DNA from: Minisyncoccota bacterium | GTDB taxonomy: Bacteria; Patescibacteriota; Minisyncoccia; SW-4-49-11 | NCBI GenBank assembly: GCA_032117235.1 | Contig: JAULZW010000006.1 | Location: 2,532-66,531, forward strand | Direction of reading: 5' to 3' | Length of the DNA: 64,000 bases | In this document: positions 1-9,636 of the stretch, piece after piece | Position numbering within the stretch: the stretch's first letter is position 1 | Layout of the letters: each line of letters begins with the position of its first letter | Notes under the pieces: model-generated | Seen by the model: only the letters and a program-made list of their open reading frames with translations | What the model was told of the DNA's origin: nothing | Database searches by the model: none | Translations under genes and position numbers: made by a program

Positions 1-114
1 TATGATAAAACAGAAGATTTAATAAAAGATATAAATTCAATTAAAGGAGAAAATAATATTATTGTAACTATGGGTGCTGGAGATGTCTGGAAAATTACAA
101 AAGATATGATATAA
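1..114 (+). CDS. murC: 3' end of UDP-N-acetylmuramate--L-alanine ligase (partial)
   Basis: Frame 1 reads ...NIIVTMGAGDVWKITKDMI*; TMGAGD is the MurC C-terminal signature. Confidence 0.75.
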   Translation, partial: YDKTEDLIKDINSIKGENNIIVTMGAGDVWKITKDMI

Positions 115-147
115 TAAATAAATATTGGCGAATAAAAAGTATATATT

Positions 148-846
148 ATGATAGATCATATTGCAATTATACCAGATGGGAATCGTAGATGGGCTCGAGC
201 AAATGGTAAAAGTTCAGAAGAAGGACATTTGGAAGGATTTGAGAGGACTAGAGAGATTATAGAAAAAGCATTTGATGGTAGGGTTAAAAACATAACTATT
301 TGGGGAGCTTCTTTAGATAATTTAGCCAAAAGATCGGAAACAGAAGTAAAATATTTGTATAAAAATTTTCAAACTTATATCAATGCTTTATTAACTTATA
401 AAAAGATACATAATAAAAAAATTAAAATAAATGTTTTAGGTAAATGGCAAGAATTATTTCCAGAAATTTTACAAAATGTTATTCAAAAAGCTATAGATAG
501 TACTAAAGATTATTCTAATTATACATTGAATTTTTTATTGGGTTACAATGGGGATGAAGAAATGTTACAAGCGATAAAGTCAATTTCAGAACATAAATCA
601 GCTAATCCTAATTTAGAAATTACTCCTGATTTAGTTAAAAAATCTCTATATACCAAAGACTTGCCACCAGTAGACTTATTAATTCGTACAGGCGGAGAAC
701 CTCATAATAGTGTTGGTTTTATGATGTGGGATACTGCGAATTCTCAGTATTATTTTACAGATATTAATTATCCTGATTTTAATACACAGGAATTTGATAA
801 AGCTATTGCAGAATATCATACAAGAGGTAAAAGACAAGGTAAATAA
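148..846 (+). CDS. uppS: Undecaprenyl diphosphate synthase
   Basis: Motifs HIAIIPDGNRRWA and DLLIRTGGE. Confidence 0.95.
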   Translation: MIDHIAIIPDGNRRWARANGKSSEEGHLEGFERTREIIEKAFDGRVKNITIWGASLDNLAKRSETEVKYLYKNFQTYINALLTYKKIHNKKIKINVLGKWQELFPEILQNVIQKAIDSTKDYSNYTLNFLLGYNGDEEMLQAIKSISEHKSANPNLEITPDLVKKSLYTKDLPPVDLLIRTGGEPHNSVGFMMWDTANSQYYFTDINYPDFNTQEFDKAIAEYHTRGKRQGK

Positions 847-853
847 TAGATTT

Positions 854-1924
854 ATGAAAATTATAATAATGGCGGGAGGTACAGGTACAAGATTATGGCC
901 ATTGAGTAGAACTTCCAAACCAAAACAATTTCAACCACTATTTGGAGATGAGACGATGTTACAGATGACAGTAAAGAGATTGTTGACACATTTTACTTTA
1001 GATGATATATATGTCTCTACTAATATACAATATCAATCTGAAGTTTTAGCTGAATTGCCACAGCTACCAAAAAACCATATTATTTTAGAACCAGAAAAAA
1101 GAGATACCGCTCCAGCTAATGGACTATCTGCCATAGCCGTGGGTGCTAAATCAGATGAGGCTATAGCTTTTTTAGCAGCAGATCATTATATTCATAAGCC
1201 TCAAGAGTTGTGTAAAATTCTACAGTTAGCAGATAGTTTTATCCAACAATCTCCAGAATATATTGTCACCATCGGTATTACTCCCACCTCACCTGAGACA
1301 GGTTATGGGTATATCAAGTATAGTCAAGATTCATTAGTTGAAAATCAGGAGAACTCTATTTATGAAGTTGATGCTTTTGTGGAAAAACCAGATTTTCAAA
1401 CTGCTACTAAATATTTGTCCGAGGGCAATTATATTTGGAATTCTGGAATGTTTGTAGTACAAAAACAAATATTATTAGATATGTATCAGGAATATCTACC
1501 AAATACTGCCAAAATTTTGATAGAGTTAGAAAAAAATAATTTACAAAATTTATCTCAGTTATATCAAAAGACGGATTCTATTAGCTTTGACTATGGAATT
1601 ATGGAAAAAGCTCAATATATAGCTGTTATTCCAGCAGATATAGGTTGGAGCGATATAGGCTCTTGGTCTACTCTAAAGGATATGTTACAAACAGATGATG
1701 TGACTGTAACTCATAAAGGTAGCTCACAACACTTTGATATTGATTCGGATCATATATTAGTACACTCACATAATAAAAATAAAGTTATTGCCACAATTGG
1801 AATTCGTGATATAGTAATAGTGGAGACGGAGGATGCTTTGTTAGTTTCACATATAGATAAAGTTCAGGAAGTCAAGAAAATTAATACCCTATTGAAGTTA
1901 GCTAATTTAGAAGATAAGATATAA
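854..1924 (+). CDS. manC: Mannose-1-phosphate guanylyltransferase
   Basis: Motifs IIMAGGTGTRLWPLSR..KPKQF, ETGYGYI, FVEKP, WNSGMF, WSDIGSW. Start moved to ATG 854, just after uppS. Confidence 0.9.
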   Translation: MKIIIMAGGTGTRLWPLSRTSKPKQFQPLFGDETMLQMTVKRLLTHFTLDDIYVSTNIQYQSEVLAELPQLPKNHIILEPEKRDTAPANGLSAIAVGAKSDEAIAFLAADHYIHKPQELCKILQLADSFIQQSPEYIVTIGITPTSPETGYGYIKYSQDSLVENQENSIYEVDAFVEKPDFQTATKYLSEGNYIWNSGMFVVQKQILLDMYQEYLPNTAKILIELEKNNLQNLSQLYQKTDSISFDYGIMEKAQYIAVIPADIGWSDIGSWSTLKDMLQTDDVTVTHKGSSQHFDIDSDHILVHSHNKNKVIATIGIRDIVIVETEDALLVSHIDKVQEVKKINTLLKLANLEDKI

Positions 1925-1926
1925 AA

Positions 1927-2922
1927 ATGATTAAAAAAATCATATACTGGATATTATTAATACTATTTATAATGGGGGTGGCTGGAGCCATTTATGTTGT
2001 TAATATAGTTAATACTATTGGCTCTCCAGTTTTAATTAAAGAAGACACACTATTTCAGGTTAAAGAAGAGGAAAGTTGGAATGATATAGTTAACAACTTA
2101 AAAGAACAAAATATTATATCTAAAATAGATGGCATATACTTTTATATTAATTTTAGAAAATTAACTCCAAAACCTGCTACATATAATATTAAAACTAATA
2201 TGAACACAGATCAGGTTATAAAAATGATAGCTAGAGGTGTTTTAACTAGGCCAGAAGTCACCATAACAATTCCAGAGGGCTCTGATATATATATAATTGG
2301 AGATATTTTAGAATCGGGACTCAAATTTAGTAGAGCAGATTTTATTAAAGCAACTGAGGACTTTGATACAAAAGAATATGACTTTATAGAAAACAAATCT
2401 CTACAAGGATATTTATACCCAGATACATATCGGTTTTTTGATGATTCTAATGCAGAAGACGTAATTATAAAAATGCTTAATAATTTTCAAAAAAAGGCTT
2501 TACCTAGTTTAAAGTCTATTGATCAATTGTCTCAATATGAAACACTTACTTTAGCTTCTATTGTTGAAAAAGAAGTCTCAAAATCTGATGATAGGAAAAT
2601 AGTCTCTGGTATATTTATAAATAGACTGAGAGATGGAATGAAACTACAAAGCGATGCTACAGTTAATTTTATTACTCAATCTGGGAGGTCGCAGTCTACA
2701 TTAGAAGATTTAAAAATCGATTCTCCTTATAATACTTATAGAGTGACTGGTTTACCGCCAGGGCCAATTACTAATCCAAGTGTAGATTCTATTAAATCAG
2801 TAGTAAATTACACTCCTAATGAATATTATTTTTTCTTGACTTCTAAGGACAATCCTCCTAAAACTATATTTTCTAAGACATTTGAAGAACATATACAAGC
2901 TAAAAAACAGTATCTTCCTTAA
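1927..2922 (+). CDS. mltG: Endolytic transglycosylase MltG
   Basis: N-terminal TM; motifs TIPEG, GYLYPDTY, LASIVEKE, LQSDAT, SPYNTY..GLPPGPI. Confidence 0.95.
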   Translation: MIKKIIYWILLILFIMGVAGAIYVVNIVNTIGSPVLIKEDTLFQVKEEESWNDIVNNLKEQNIISKIDGIYFYINFRKLTPKPATYNIKTNMNTDQVIKMIARGVLTRPEVTITIPEGSDIYIIGDILESGLKFSRADFIKATEDFDTKEYDFIENKSLQGYLYPDTYRFFDDSNAEDVIIKMLNNFQKKALPSLKSIDQLSQYETLTLASIVEKEVSKSDDRKIVSGIFINRLRDGMKLQSDATVNFITQSGRSQSTLEDLKIDSPYNTYRVTGLPPGPITNPSVDSIKSVVNYTPNEYYFFLTSKDNPPKTIFSKTFEEHIQAKKQYLP

Positions 2923-2926
2923 AACT

Positions 2927-3928
2927 ATGACAACTAAAGTTCATCATATAGCGGTTTTGATAGATTGTGATAGAGAAAAGGCAATTCATTGGTTTGAACT
3001 ATTTCGACAAATTCCAATATACCTAAAATCTGAGATACATTTGATTGTATGGAAAGAAGATTTAGCTGATGTGGCTAGATCAATTGTAGATATTGATAAA
3101 GTTCACTTAATGTTACGATCTTTATTTAAGTTCAACGATTATAAATCAATTAATCTTTTAATTCAACAATATAAAATTGAAAAATGTATAGAAATTGGCA
3201 ATATACCTAAATTTGTTAGTTGGAAATTGAAACAGAATAGTATATTAAATATAATCAAAGTATTAGATAAATTTGAACCAGTTGAGCAAATTAATGACTA
3301 TTTCTCAATTTATCCTAGTTATACATCTAAAGTTAATTATAATAAAAAAATTACTTACACTCCATTTCCACAAATTAATTATAAAAATTTTCTTGACTTA
3401 GATACTCAGACAGTATTAGATATCAAGCAAAACATAGGTCTAATAACTTATGACAATCAAATGATAAAAAAATCTTTTGCGTGTGGTTATGCTGGCAATA
3501 TGACTAATGAGTTTATTAAATATGCGGAATACAATCAATGTGAATGGTATGATGTAATTACTAAGGAAGGAAGTTTTGTATTATCAGAAGACTTGTCTAG
3601 TGACTTACCAATAGTATATGAATTGTTAGATTGTTTAGTAGTTAGTGGGGATATAGATACTTTAATACAATATCAAATTCTAAATGCCATAGCCTCAGGT
3701 ACTATAGTAATAGCCCCTAGAGAAGATGCCTACCAAGAGTTACTAGGTAGAGGAGCCCTTTATTATAGTGCTAACTCCGGCAGTGAATTAGAAGCTTGCA
3801 TAGATATTATTCAAAAAAATGAAAATAAAAAAATTGCAATTAGAGAATTAGCATCAGAGCAATTTCAAAGGAAGTATAGTTACCAAGCTATAGCTAATTT
3901 TTGGGGACATATATTAACTAAAATTTAG
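2927..3928 (+). CDS. Divergent GT-B (family 4-like) glycosyltransferase
   Basis: C-terminal 'ILNAIASGTIVIA...ELLG' resembles the GT4 EAMAxGxPV region, but the acidic residues are not conserved. Confidence 0.5.
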   Translation: MTTKVHHIAVLIDCDREKAIHWFELFRQIPIYLKSEIHLIVWKEDLADVARSIVDIDKVHLMLRSLFKFNDYKSINLLIQQYKIEKCIEIGNIPKFVSWKLKQNSILNIIKVLDKFEPVEQINDYFSIYPSYTSKVNYNKKITYTPFPQINYKNFLDLDTQTVLDIKQNIGLITYDNQMIKKSFACGYAGNMTNEFIKYAEYNQCEWYDVITKEGSFVLSEDLSSDLPIVYELLDCLVVSGDIDTLIQYQILNAIASGTIVIAPREDAYQELLGRGALYYSANSGSELEACIDIIQKNENKKIAIRELASEQFQRKYSYQAIANFWGHILTKI

Positions 3929-3973
3929 TTTTAGGATTTGACTTAATATTATAAATTTGGCACAATAACATAT

Positions 3974-4990
3974 ATGAAAATTTTAGCAATAGAAACATCT
4001 TGTGATGAAACAGCCTTGGCTTTATTGAATTTAGATATAGAATCTAAAAAATTTAGAGTATTTGATCATATTCTTTATTCACAGATTAATGAACATAGTC
4101 AATATGGAGGAGTAGTCCCAGCCCTTGCTGCTAGACTACATAATAAAAAGCTACCTGTAATGTTACAAGAGTTTATTCATCGTAATGGTAGGGAAATTGA
4201 TATTATTGCAGTCACTGTGGGACCAGGGTTAGAGCCATCTCTATATGTTGGAGTAAATTTAGCTAAACTTTTAGCTGAAACATTAGGAGTTCCACTAATT
4301 CCAGTAAATCATATGCATGGACATATATTCTCAGGGCTTTTAGATGATAATTTAGAAGGCAATATCCCAACAGAATATCCTTTTATTGCCTATATTATAT
4401 CAGGAGGTCATACAGAGCTTGTCTTGGTCAAAGATTATAATGATTATGAAATCATTGGAATTACCCAAGATGATGCAGCTGGGGAGGCTTTTGATAAAGT
4501 AGCTAAAATGCTCAATTTAGCTTATCCGGGAGGGCCCAAAGTTTCCAAATTAGCAGAGATGGGAGATAGTGAAGCTATAAAATTCCCAAGACCAATGTTA
4601 AATTCTGGAGATGGTAAAATGTCTTTTTCAGGACTTAAAACTGCAGTTTTATATCATATTAAAGATAATCCACCTCAAAATGATACAGATATTGCCAATA
4701 TTTGTGCCAGTTTTGAGCAAGCAGTAATAGATGTATTAATAGCAAAATTGAATTGGGCTGTCAATGAATATAATGTCAATCAAGTAATAATAGGTGGGGG
4801 AGTAACAGCTAATATTAAATTAAGACAAGCTTTTGAAGAATATGCTAATCAAAATAATATAAAGCTTTTAATTCCAAATAAAATTTTATCCACAGATAAT
4901 GCTATTATGATCGGAGTAGTAGCCTGTTTAGACATTATACATAATATACAAAATAGACCACAAGAGGTTAATGGTAATTTGGTGGTATAA
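3974..4990 (+). CDS. tsaD: tRNA threonylcarbamoyltransferase TsaD
   Basis: Motifs LAIETSCDET, HMHGH, SGGHT, DDAAGEAFDK, TDNAIMI. Confidence 0.97.
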   Translation: MKILAIETSCDETALALLNLDIESKKFRVFDHILYSQINEHSQYGGVVPALAARLHNKKLPVMLQEFIHRNGREIDIIAVTVGPGLEPSLYVGVNLAKLLAETLGVPLIPVNHMHGHIFSGLLDDNLEGNIPTEYPFIAYIISGGHTELVLVKDYNDYEIIGITQDDAAGEAFDKVAKMLNLAYPGGPKVSKLAEMGDSEAIKFPRPMLNSGDGKMSFSGLKTAVLYHIKDNPPQNDTDIANICASFEQAVIDVLIAKLNWAVNEYNVNQVIIGGGVTANIKLRQAFEEYANQNNIKLLIPNKILSTDNAIMIGVVACLDIIHNIQNRPQEVNGNLVV

Positions 4991-5031
4991 TAGTCTAATA
5001 CTTTTATATATATATGCTATTATGTTAATAT

Positions 5032-6510
5032 ATGAAAACAGCATTTTTGATTTATCCACATCAACTTTTTGAAGATATTACGAGGCTTAAGTCTAGTGAT
5101 ATAGTATTTCTTATAGAAGATCCACTTTATTTTAGTGAATTTAAATTTCATAAACAAAAGCTAGTTCTACACAGGGCTAGTATGCAGAAGTATAAACAAT
5201 ATTTGGAGCAAAACCAGATTAAGGTAGCGTATCTAGAATTTCATCAATTAGCCAAAACTGAGTCTATAGCTGATATATTACAACAGCATCAAATCCAAAA
5301 AGTAGAGATATATGACTTAGTAGATGATTGGCTATATACAAGATTATCAAAATATCTAAGTTTAGCTTCAATACAATTAAATATTCATAATAGCACAATG
5401 TTTTTGACCTCTGACAGTGAATTTAAAGAGTTTTTTGAGTCAAGGACTGGATCCCGCAAATATTGGATGAATGACTTCTATATATGGCAGAGGAAACGCC
5501 TCAATATTCTGATTGAAGATAATAAACCACAAGGCGGTAGATGGAGTTTTGATACTGAAAATAGGAAAAAATTGCCAAAAGATATAATTATCCCTAATAC
5601 TTTTGAAATTCAAAATAATAGCTATATTAAAGAAGCTAGAGATTATATAGAAAAATATTTCCCAGATAATTTTGGACAAACTGATACATTTTGGTGTCCG
5701 ATAGACTTTCAGGTAGCAAAGTCTCATTTAAAAGAATTTTTACATACCAGGTTAGAATTATTTGGTCCTTATGAAGATGCAATTACCCAACAATCAGCTT
5801 CAGTTTTTCATAGCACAATTTCACCACTACTAAACAATGGCCTGCTTACTCCAGATTATGTAATAAAGGAGACTCTAGAATTTGTAGATATAAATAAAAT
5901 TTCTTTAGCTTCAGTAGAAGGATTTATCCGGCAAATTATAGGCTGGCGAGAATATATTAGAGCTTTGTATGTACTAGAAGGTAGGAAAATTAGAACTAGT
6001 AATTATTTTGTCTCCAACAAATCTATGCCAAAAGCAATGTGGGTAGCCGAGACAGGTATTGAACCAATAGATTATCATATAGAAGTCCTCAAGAAATATG
6101 CCTATACTCATCATATTCCTCGCCTGATGGTTCTGGGAAATTATATGAATTTATGCCATATTGAACCCAATGCAGTATATGAATGGTTTATGGAAATGTA
6201 TATTGATGCTTATGACTGGGTGATGGTGCCCAATGTATATAGTATGACACTTTATGCTGATGGTGGGTTACTTACTACCAAGCCCTATATAGCATCTTCT
6301 AACTATATTCTCAAAATGAGTGATTTTAAAAAAGGGGAGTGGTGCGATACTTTGGATGCGCTTTTTTGGAATTTTGTGGGGCAGAATTTTATAAAATTAC
6401 AAAAAGAAGGGAGACTTGGCTTTATAGGCGTACAATATAGCAAAATGCCAGAGAGTAAAAAAGAAAATTATACTAAAGTAGCTCAAGATTATTTAGATAA
6501 TTTAGTATAA
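5032..6510 (+). CDS. Bacterial (6-4) photolyase-like protein (PhrB/CryB family)
   Basis: Motifs HKQKL, GGRWSFDTENRK, FGPYEDA, EGFIRQIIGWREY, HHIPRLM, DAYDWVM, TKPY. Confidence 0.88.
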   Translation: MKTAFLIYPHQLFEDITRLKSSDIVFLIEDPLYFSEFKFHKQKLVLHRASMQKYKQYLEQNQIKVAYLEFHQLAKTESIADILQQHQIQKVEIYDLVDDWLYTRLSKYLSLASIQLNIHNSTMFLTSDSEFKEFFESRTGSRKYWMNDFYIWQRKRLNILIEDNKPQGGRWSFDTENRKKLPKDIIIPNTFEIQNNSYIKEARDYIEKYFPDNFGQTDTFWCPIDFQVAKSHLKEFLHTRLELFGPYEDAITQQSASVFHSTISPLLNNGLLTPDYVIKETLEFVDINKISLASVEGFIRQIIGWREYIRALYVLEGRKIRTSNYFVSNKSMPKAMWVAETGIEPIDYHIEVLKKYAYTHHIPRLMVLGNYMNLCHIEPNAVYEWFMEMYIDAYDWVMVPNVYSMTLYADGGLLTTKPYIASSNYILKMSDFKKGEWCDTLDALFWNFVGQNFIKLQKEGRLGFIGVQYSKMPESKKENYTKVAQDYLDNLV

Positions 6511-6526
6511 AAAATAAAATTAAAAC

Positions 6527-7156
6527 TTACCTCATACCTAAATATTTCAAAATTTCTAAAATCAATACCCAACCTCCAGAGATGAGAATAGTAAAATAGA
6601 TTATAGTAATTAGATTAAAGATATGCCCCCAGATTATACTAATTCCATCCTTTTGTAATAATCCAATAGCATAGAATAACAAAGCAATGGCAGGAAAAGT
6701 GTTGCTAAAAGGAATAAATCCAAAAGGTGCCATTAATAAGATAGCTGCTAATATAATAGATAGGCCATTAATAATATGGGCTCCATGCCCAGCGGTAATC
6801 CAAATTGCTCTATGCGGTTTACTTATCTTTTCTAAACGAATAAACCACTTTAATCCAGCTGAAAAAGCTTTTCTCAGAGCCGAGGCAGGCAACTCTCTTC
6901 TTAAGAAGCTTTTTGGTAACCATAAATCCCAACCGAATAAAATACTAACTCCAATCAATAAAATTGTCCCTCCAAAAACTGTACTCACTCCAGGAATTGA
7001 TACAGGAATTAGAAACACTACAGTTAATAAAACTACTAATAATAACATTCCATCTCGACCTAAAATATCTCTAATTTCAGCTAAAGTCAATTTATCCTGA
7101 GGTAACTCAGCAATAATTGTTTCTAATTTTTCTCGAATGGGAATATTTTCTTGCAT
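6527..7156 (-). CDS. exoD: Exopolysaccharide synthesis ExoD-family membrane protein
   Basis: Motifs IPGVSTVFG, LWLPK, PFSNTFPA and KDG; hydrophobic pattern fits. Confidence 0.85.
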   Translation of the reverse strand: MQENIPIREKLETIIAELPQDKLTLAEIRDILGRDGMLLLVVLLTVVFLIPVSIPGVSTVFGGTILLIGVSILFGWDLWLPKSFLRRELPASALRKAFSAGLKWFIRLEKISKPHRAIWITAGHGAHIINGLSIILAAILLMAPFGFIPFSNTFPAIALLFYAIGLLQKDGISIIWGHIFNLITIIYFTILISGGWVLILEILKYLGMR

Positions 7157-7231
7157 ATTATAAATAAAAATAATACTTGACTTGCTATCTATCTATTATC
7201 TCATAAAAATAGATTTTTAGTAAGTGTAGAT

Positions 7232-7723
7232 TTATAATTTATCTACAATATTTACCTCTTGCTCTATCACATTATCATCTACTCCAAATGTAAAGCTGGC
7301 TTTGACACCAGACCCTTTTATAACTTCTGGTAGCCACAATATATCATCAGCCCACATTGATTCAAATGGAATACTATCTATCTTAAACCAAGCTGGTTTC
7401 ATCTCCTCACTTTCTTGAGGCTCTCCAAGCCATTCTTCTGTGAAATAAACATGAACTAATTGATTAAAATTAGGATTATGTGGGAAGTAAAACTCTAATT
7501 CAGCAACTTTATCTAAATTTTTAACATCAACCAGAATCTCCTCCTGAGCTTCTCTGACTGTAGCCTCTGTAATACTCTCAATCCCTTGATTGATTTTACC
7601 GCCAACTCCATTCCATCTATTCATACCAAAACCTCTTTTTTTCATAGCCAGACAAATATCACTAATCTCAGAATTATTCTTTTTGATTAAAAATAGTAGG
7701 GTAGAATCTCTAAGTTTTTGCAT
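7232..7723 (-). CDS. NUDIX hydrolase, MTH1/8-oxo-dGTPase-like
   Basis: KKRGFG..WNGVGGK, Nudix box (REAQEE), ESEEM.P.WF, MWADD. Confidence 0.88.
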   Translation of the reverse strand: MQKLRDSTLLFLIKKNNSEISDICLAMKKRGFGMNRWNGVGGKINQGIESITEATVREAQEEILVDVKNLDKVAELEFYFPHNPNFNQLVHVYFTEEWLGEPQESEEMKPAWFKIDSIPFESMWADDILWLPEVIKGSGVKASFTFGVDDNVIEQEVNIVDKL

Positions 7724-7816
7724 AAACTTTATATTATAATGTAATTATAACATAACTTTACAAAATAAAATAAAACTATTATAATAAATTTATAATTAAA
7801 GTAAGTAATAAAAAAT

Positions 7817-8305
7817 ATGGATGATCAAAATACAAACCAAAGTTCTGAGCAAAATACAGACAAGCTACAAGAAATATCTCAAATATACCAAGACAAGCCA
7901 ATTACTAATATAGATGGCACAAATAGTGTGTCAGTGGATAAATCACCAATAGACTATTATATTGATGCTTTTCGTAAATATGCTACCTTTAGTGGGCGGG
8001 CAACTAGAGCAGAGTATTGGTGGTTTTATCTAGTGACTATTGCAGTCTCTATCTTGATTGGTATATTAGAGTCAATTCTTAATATCCCATTTAGCTTAAT
8101 ATCAATAATTTACTCCCTAGCATCACTAATTCCTAGTATAGCAATTCAAGTAAGAAGATTACACGATGTAGATAAGAGTGCTTGGTATATGTTATTAAAC
8201 TTTGTAATTATAATCGGTTGGATCTGGTTGCTCATATTACATATTCTAGATAGCACTCCTGGAGTAAATAAATATGGACCTAATCCTAAGGGAATTGGGA
8301 ATTAA
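7817..8305 (+). CDS. DUF805 family membrane protein
   Basis: Motifs FSGRATRAEYW, VRRLHD and NKYGPNP. Confidence 0.9.
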   Translation: MDDQNTNQSSEQNTDKLQEISQIYQDKPITNIDGTNSVSVDKSPIDYYIDAFRKYATFSGRATRAEYWWFYLVTIAVSILIGILESILNIPFSLISIIYSLASLIPSIAIQVRRLHDVDKSAWYMLLNFVIIIGWIWLLILHILDSTPGVNKYGPNPKGIGN

Positions 8306-8352
8306 GGAAAAAAATAGCATCCTGATAGTATTGAATAATATTTAAATAAAAT

Positions 8353-8838
8353 ATGAGATATTTATCAGGAGAAGAAGAACAGGAAGCAAAAGACTATATG
8401 CAATACACCTCCGAACTTGCAAAGTCAGCAACTTGTGAGCGGAGTAAATGTGGATCTATCATCCTCGCTAATAATGTCATTATCGGGGAGGGTATTAATA
8501 GTCCAGCTCATAATCAAGAGAATCAAAGACGCTGTACTTATGATAAAGATTCCTATCACCGCAAAGTAACAGATAAAACCTGTTGTATTCATGCTGAGTA
8601 GAGAGCTATTATGGATGCTCTAGCACGGAATTCAGACAAGATAATAGGCTCAAGATTATATTTTATGAGATTAGATGAAGAGGATAATCTCACCCGAGCG
8701 GGAAAGCCATATTGTGCTATTTGTATCAAAATTTCCCTCGATGTGGGGATACAAGAATTTGTCTTATGGCATGAAGATGGAATCTGTGTATATGATACTG
8801 ATGAATATAATCTGTTATCTTATAAGTATAAGGGGTAG
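8353..8838 (+). pseudogene. dCMP/cytidine deaminase-family gene interrupted by one in-frame TAG (8599-8601)
   Basis: Reads CCIHAE*RAIMDAL...PYCAIC. The HAE and CxxC zinc motifs are split between two ORFs in the same frame. Confidence 0.8.
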
Positions 8839-8874
8839 TGTTATTGTAGATATAGGGGAAATGGGGTAGAATGA
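8838..8874 (+). promoter_or_regulatory. Repeated promoter-like element, copy 1 (TTGTAG-N17-TAGAAT)
   Basis: GTGTTATTGTAGATATAGGGGAAATGGGGTAGAATGA; 35/37 identical to 9595-9631. Confidence 0.7.
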
Positions 8875-8902
8875 GATGATAATATAGTCCCAAATAATTA
8901 CT

Positions 8903-9592
8903 ATGGATGATTTTGAACAATATCTAGAATCTCTATCTCAGAATGAAGAGAAGAAAAGTACTTTGAACTCCAGAGAGAAGATTTTAGTCTATTCGGGAGT
9001 TCATCTTAATTGGATGGGAGATTTTTTGGCAAATCCTAATATTAACTATACCAAAAAGCAAATCCCTATAGAGCAGGTGCTTTTTACCGGGACTAGTCCA
9101 GATTGGAATGAAATATTAATTAAACAATGCAAGCGATCGGTTTCACAATTTCAAGAATTAATACAACAGGATACAGCAATCAAAGAGCTCTTTACCCAAA
9201 AAGCATCATTTGAACTTCTTCCTATTCTACTCTATGGTCCAGACGAAGAAGGTTTCTATAGAGTATTTGATGGTATGCATAGATTTGTGGGTGCTATTCT
9301 TGCAAATCACACAATTGTAGAAGCATATATCCCAACTAATGTATCAGACCATCTCCCTATTTGTGAAGCGCATGTGATTTATGATTTAATTCGAGCTTTT
9401 CAACGCCACGCAAAAGATGAAAATGGTAAAAAAGAATTATACTATGCGTTACGCTTATTAGCTCGTACTTATGGAAATGTGATTTATCTCCTAGAGAGTA
9501 GATTTAATATTACATATGTTTCAGATAATGATGTCCAAGAAATTATTACACGGGTAATTCAAGAAGTAAAACATAATCAACTGAAAGCTTAA
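8903..9592 (+). CDS. Hypothetical protein with ParB/Srx-like N-terminal domain
   Basis: PILLY...YRVFDGMHRF resembles the ParB-N/sulfiredoxin DGxHR motif. Confidence 0.55.
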   Translation: MDDFEQYLESLSQNEEKKSTLNSREKILVYSGVHLNWMGDFLANPNINYTKKQIPIEQVLFTGTSPDWNEILIKQCKRSVSQFQELIQQDTAIKELFTQKASFELLPILLYGPDEEGFYRVFDGMHRFVGAILANHTIVEAYIPTNVSDHLPICEAHVIYDLIRAFQRHAKDENGKKELYYALRLLARTYGNVIYLLESRFNITYVSDNDVQEIITRVIQEVKHNQLKA

Positions 9593-9594
9593 AA

Positions 9595-9631
9595 GTGTTA
9601 TTGTACAGATAGGGGAAATGGGGTAGAATGA
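9595..9631 (+). promoter_or_regulatory. Repeated promoter-like element, copy 2 (TTGTAC-N17-TAGAAT)
   Basis: GTGTTATTGTACAGATAGGGGAAATGGGGTAGAATGA; ATG at 9637 lies 7 nt after the -10 hexamer, so the mRNA would be near-leaderless. Confidence 0.7.
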
Positions 9632-9636
9632 ATATT

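Noticed and set aside
5000-5030. dif/Xer-like site (TTATGTTAA)
   Set aside because: No XerC arm; better explained as an AT-rich -10 region.
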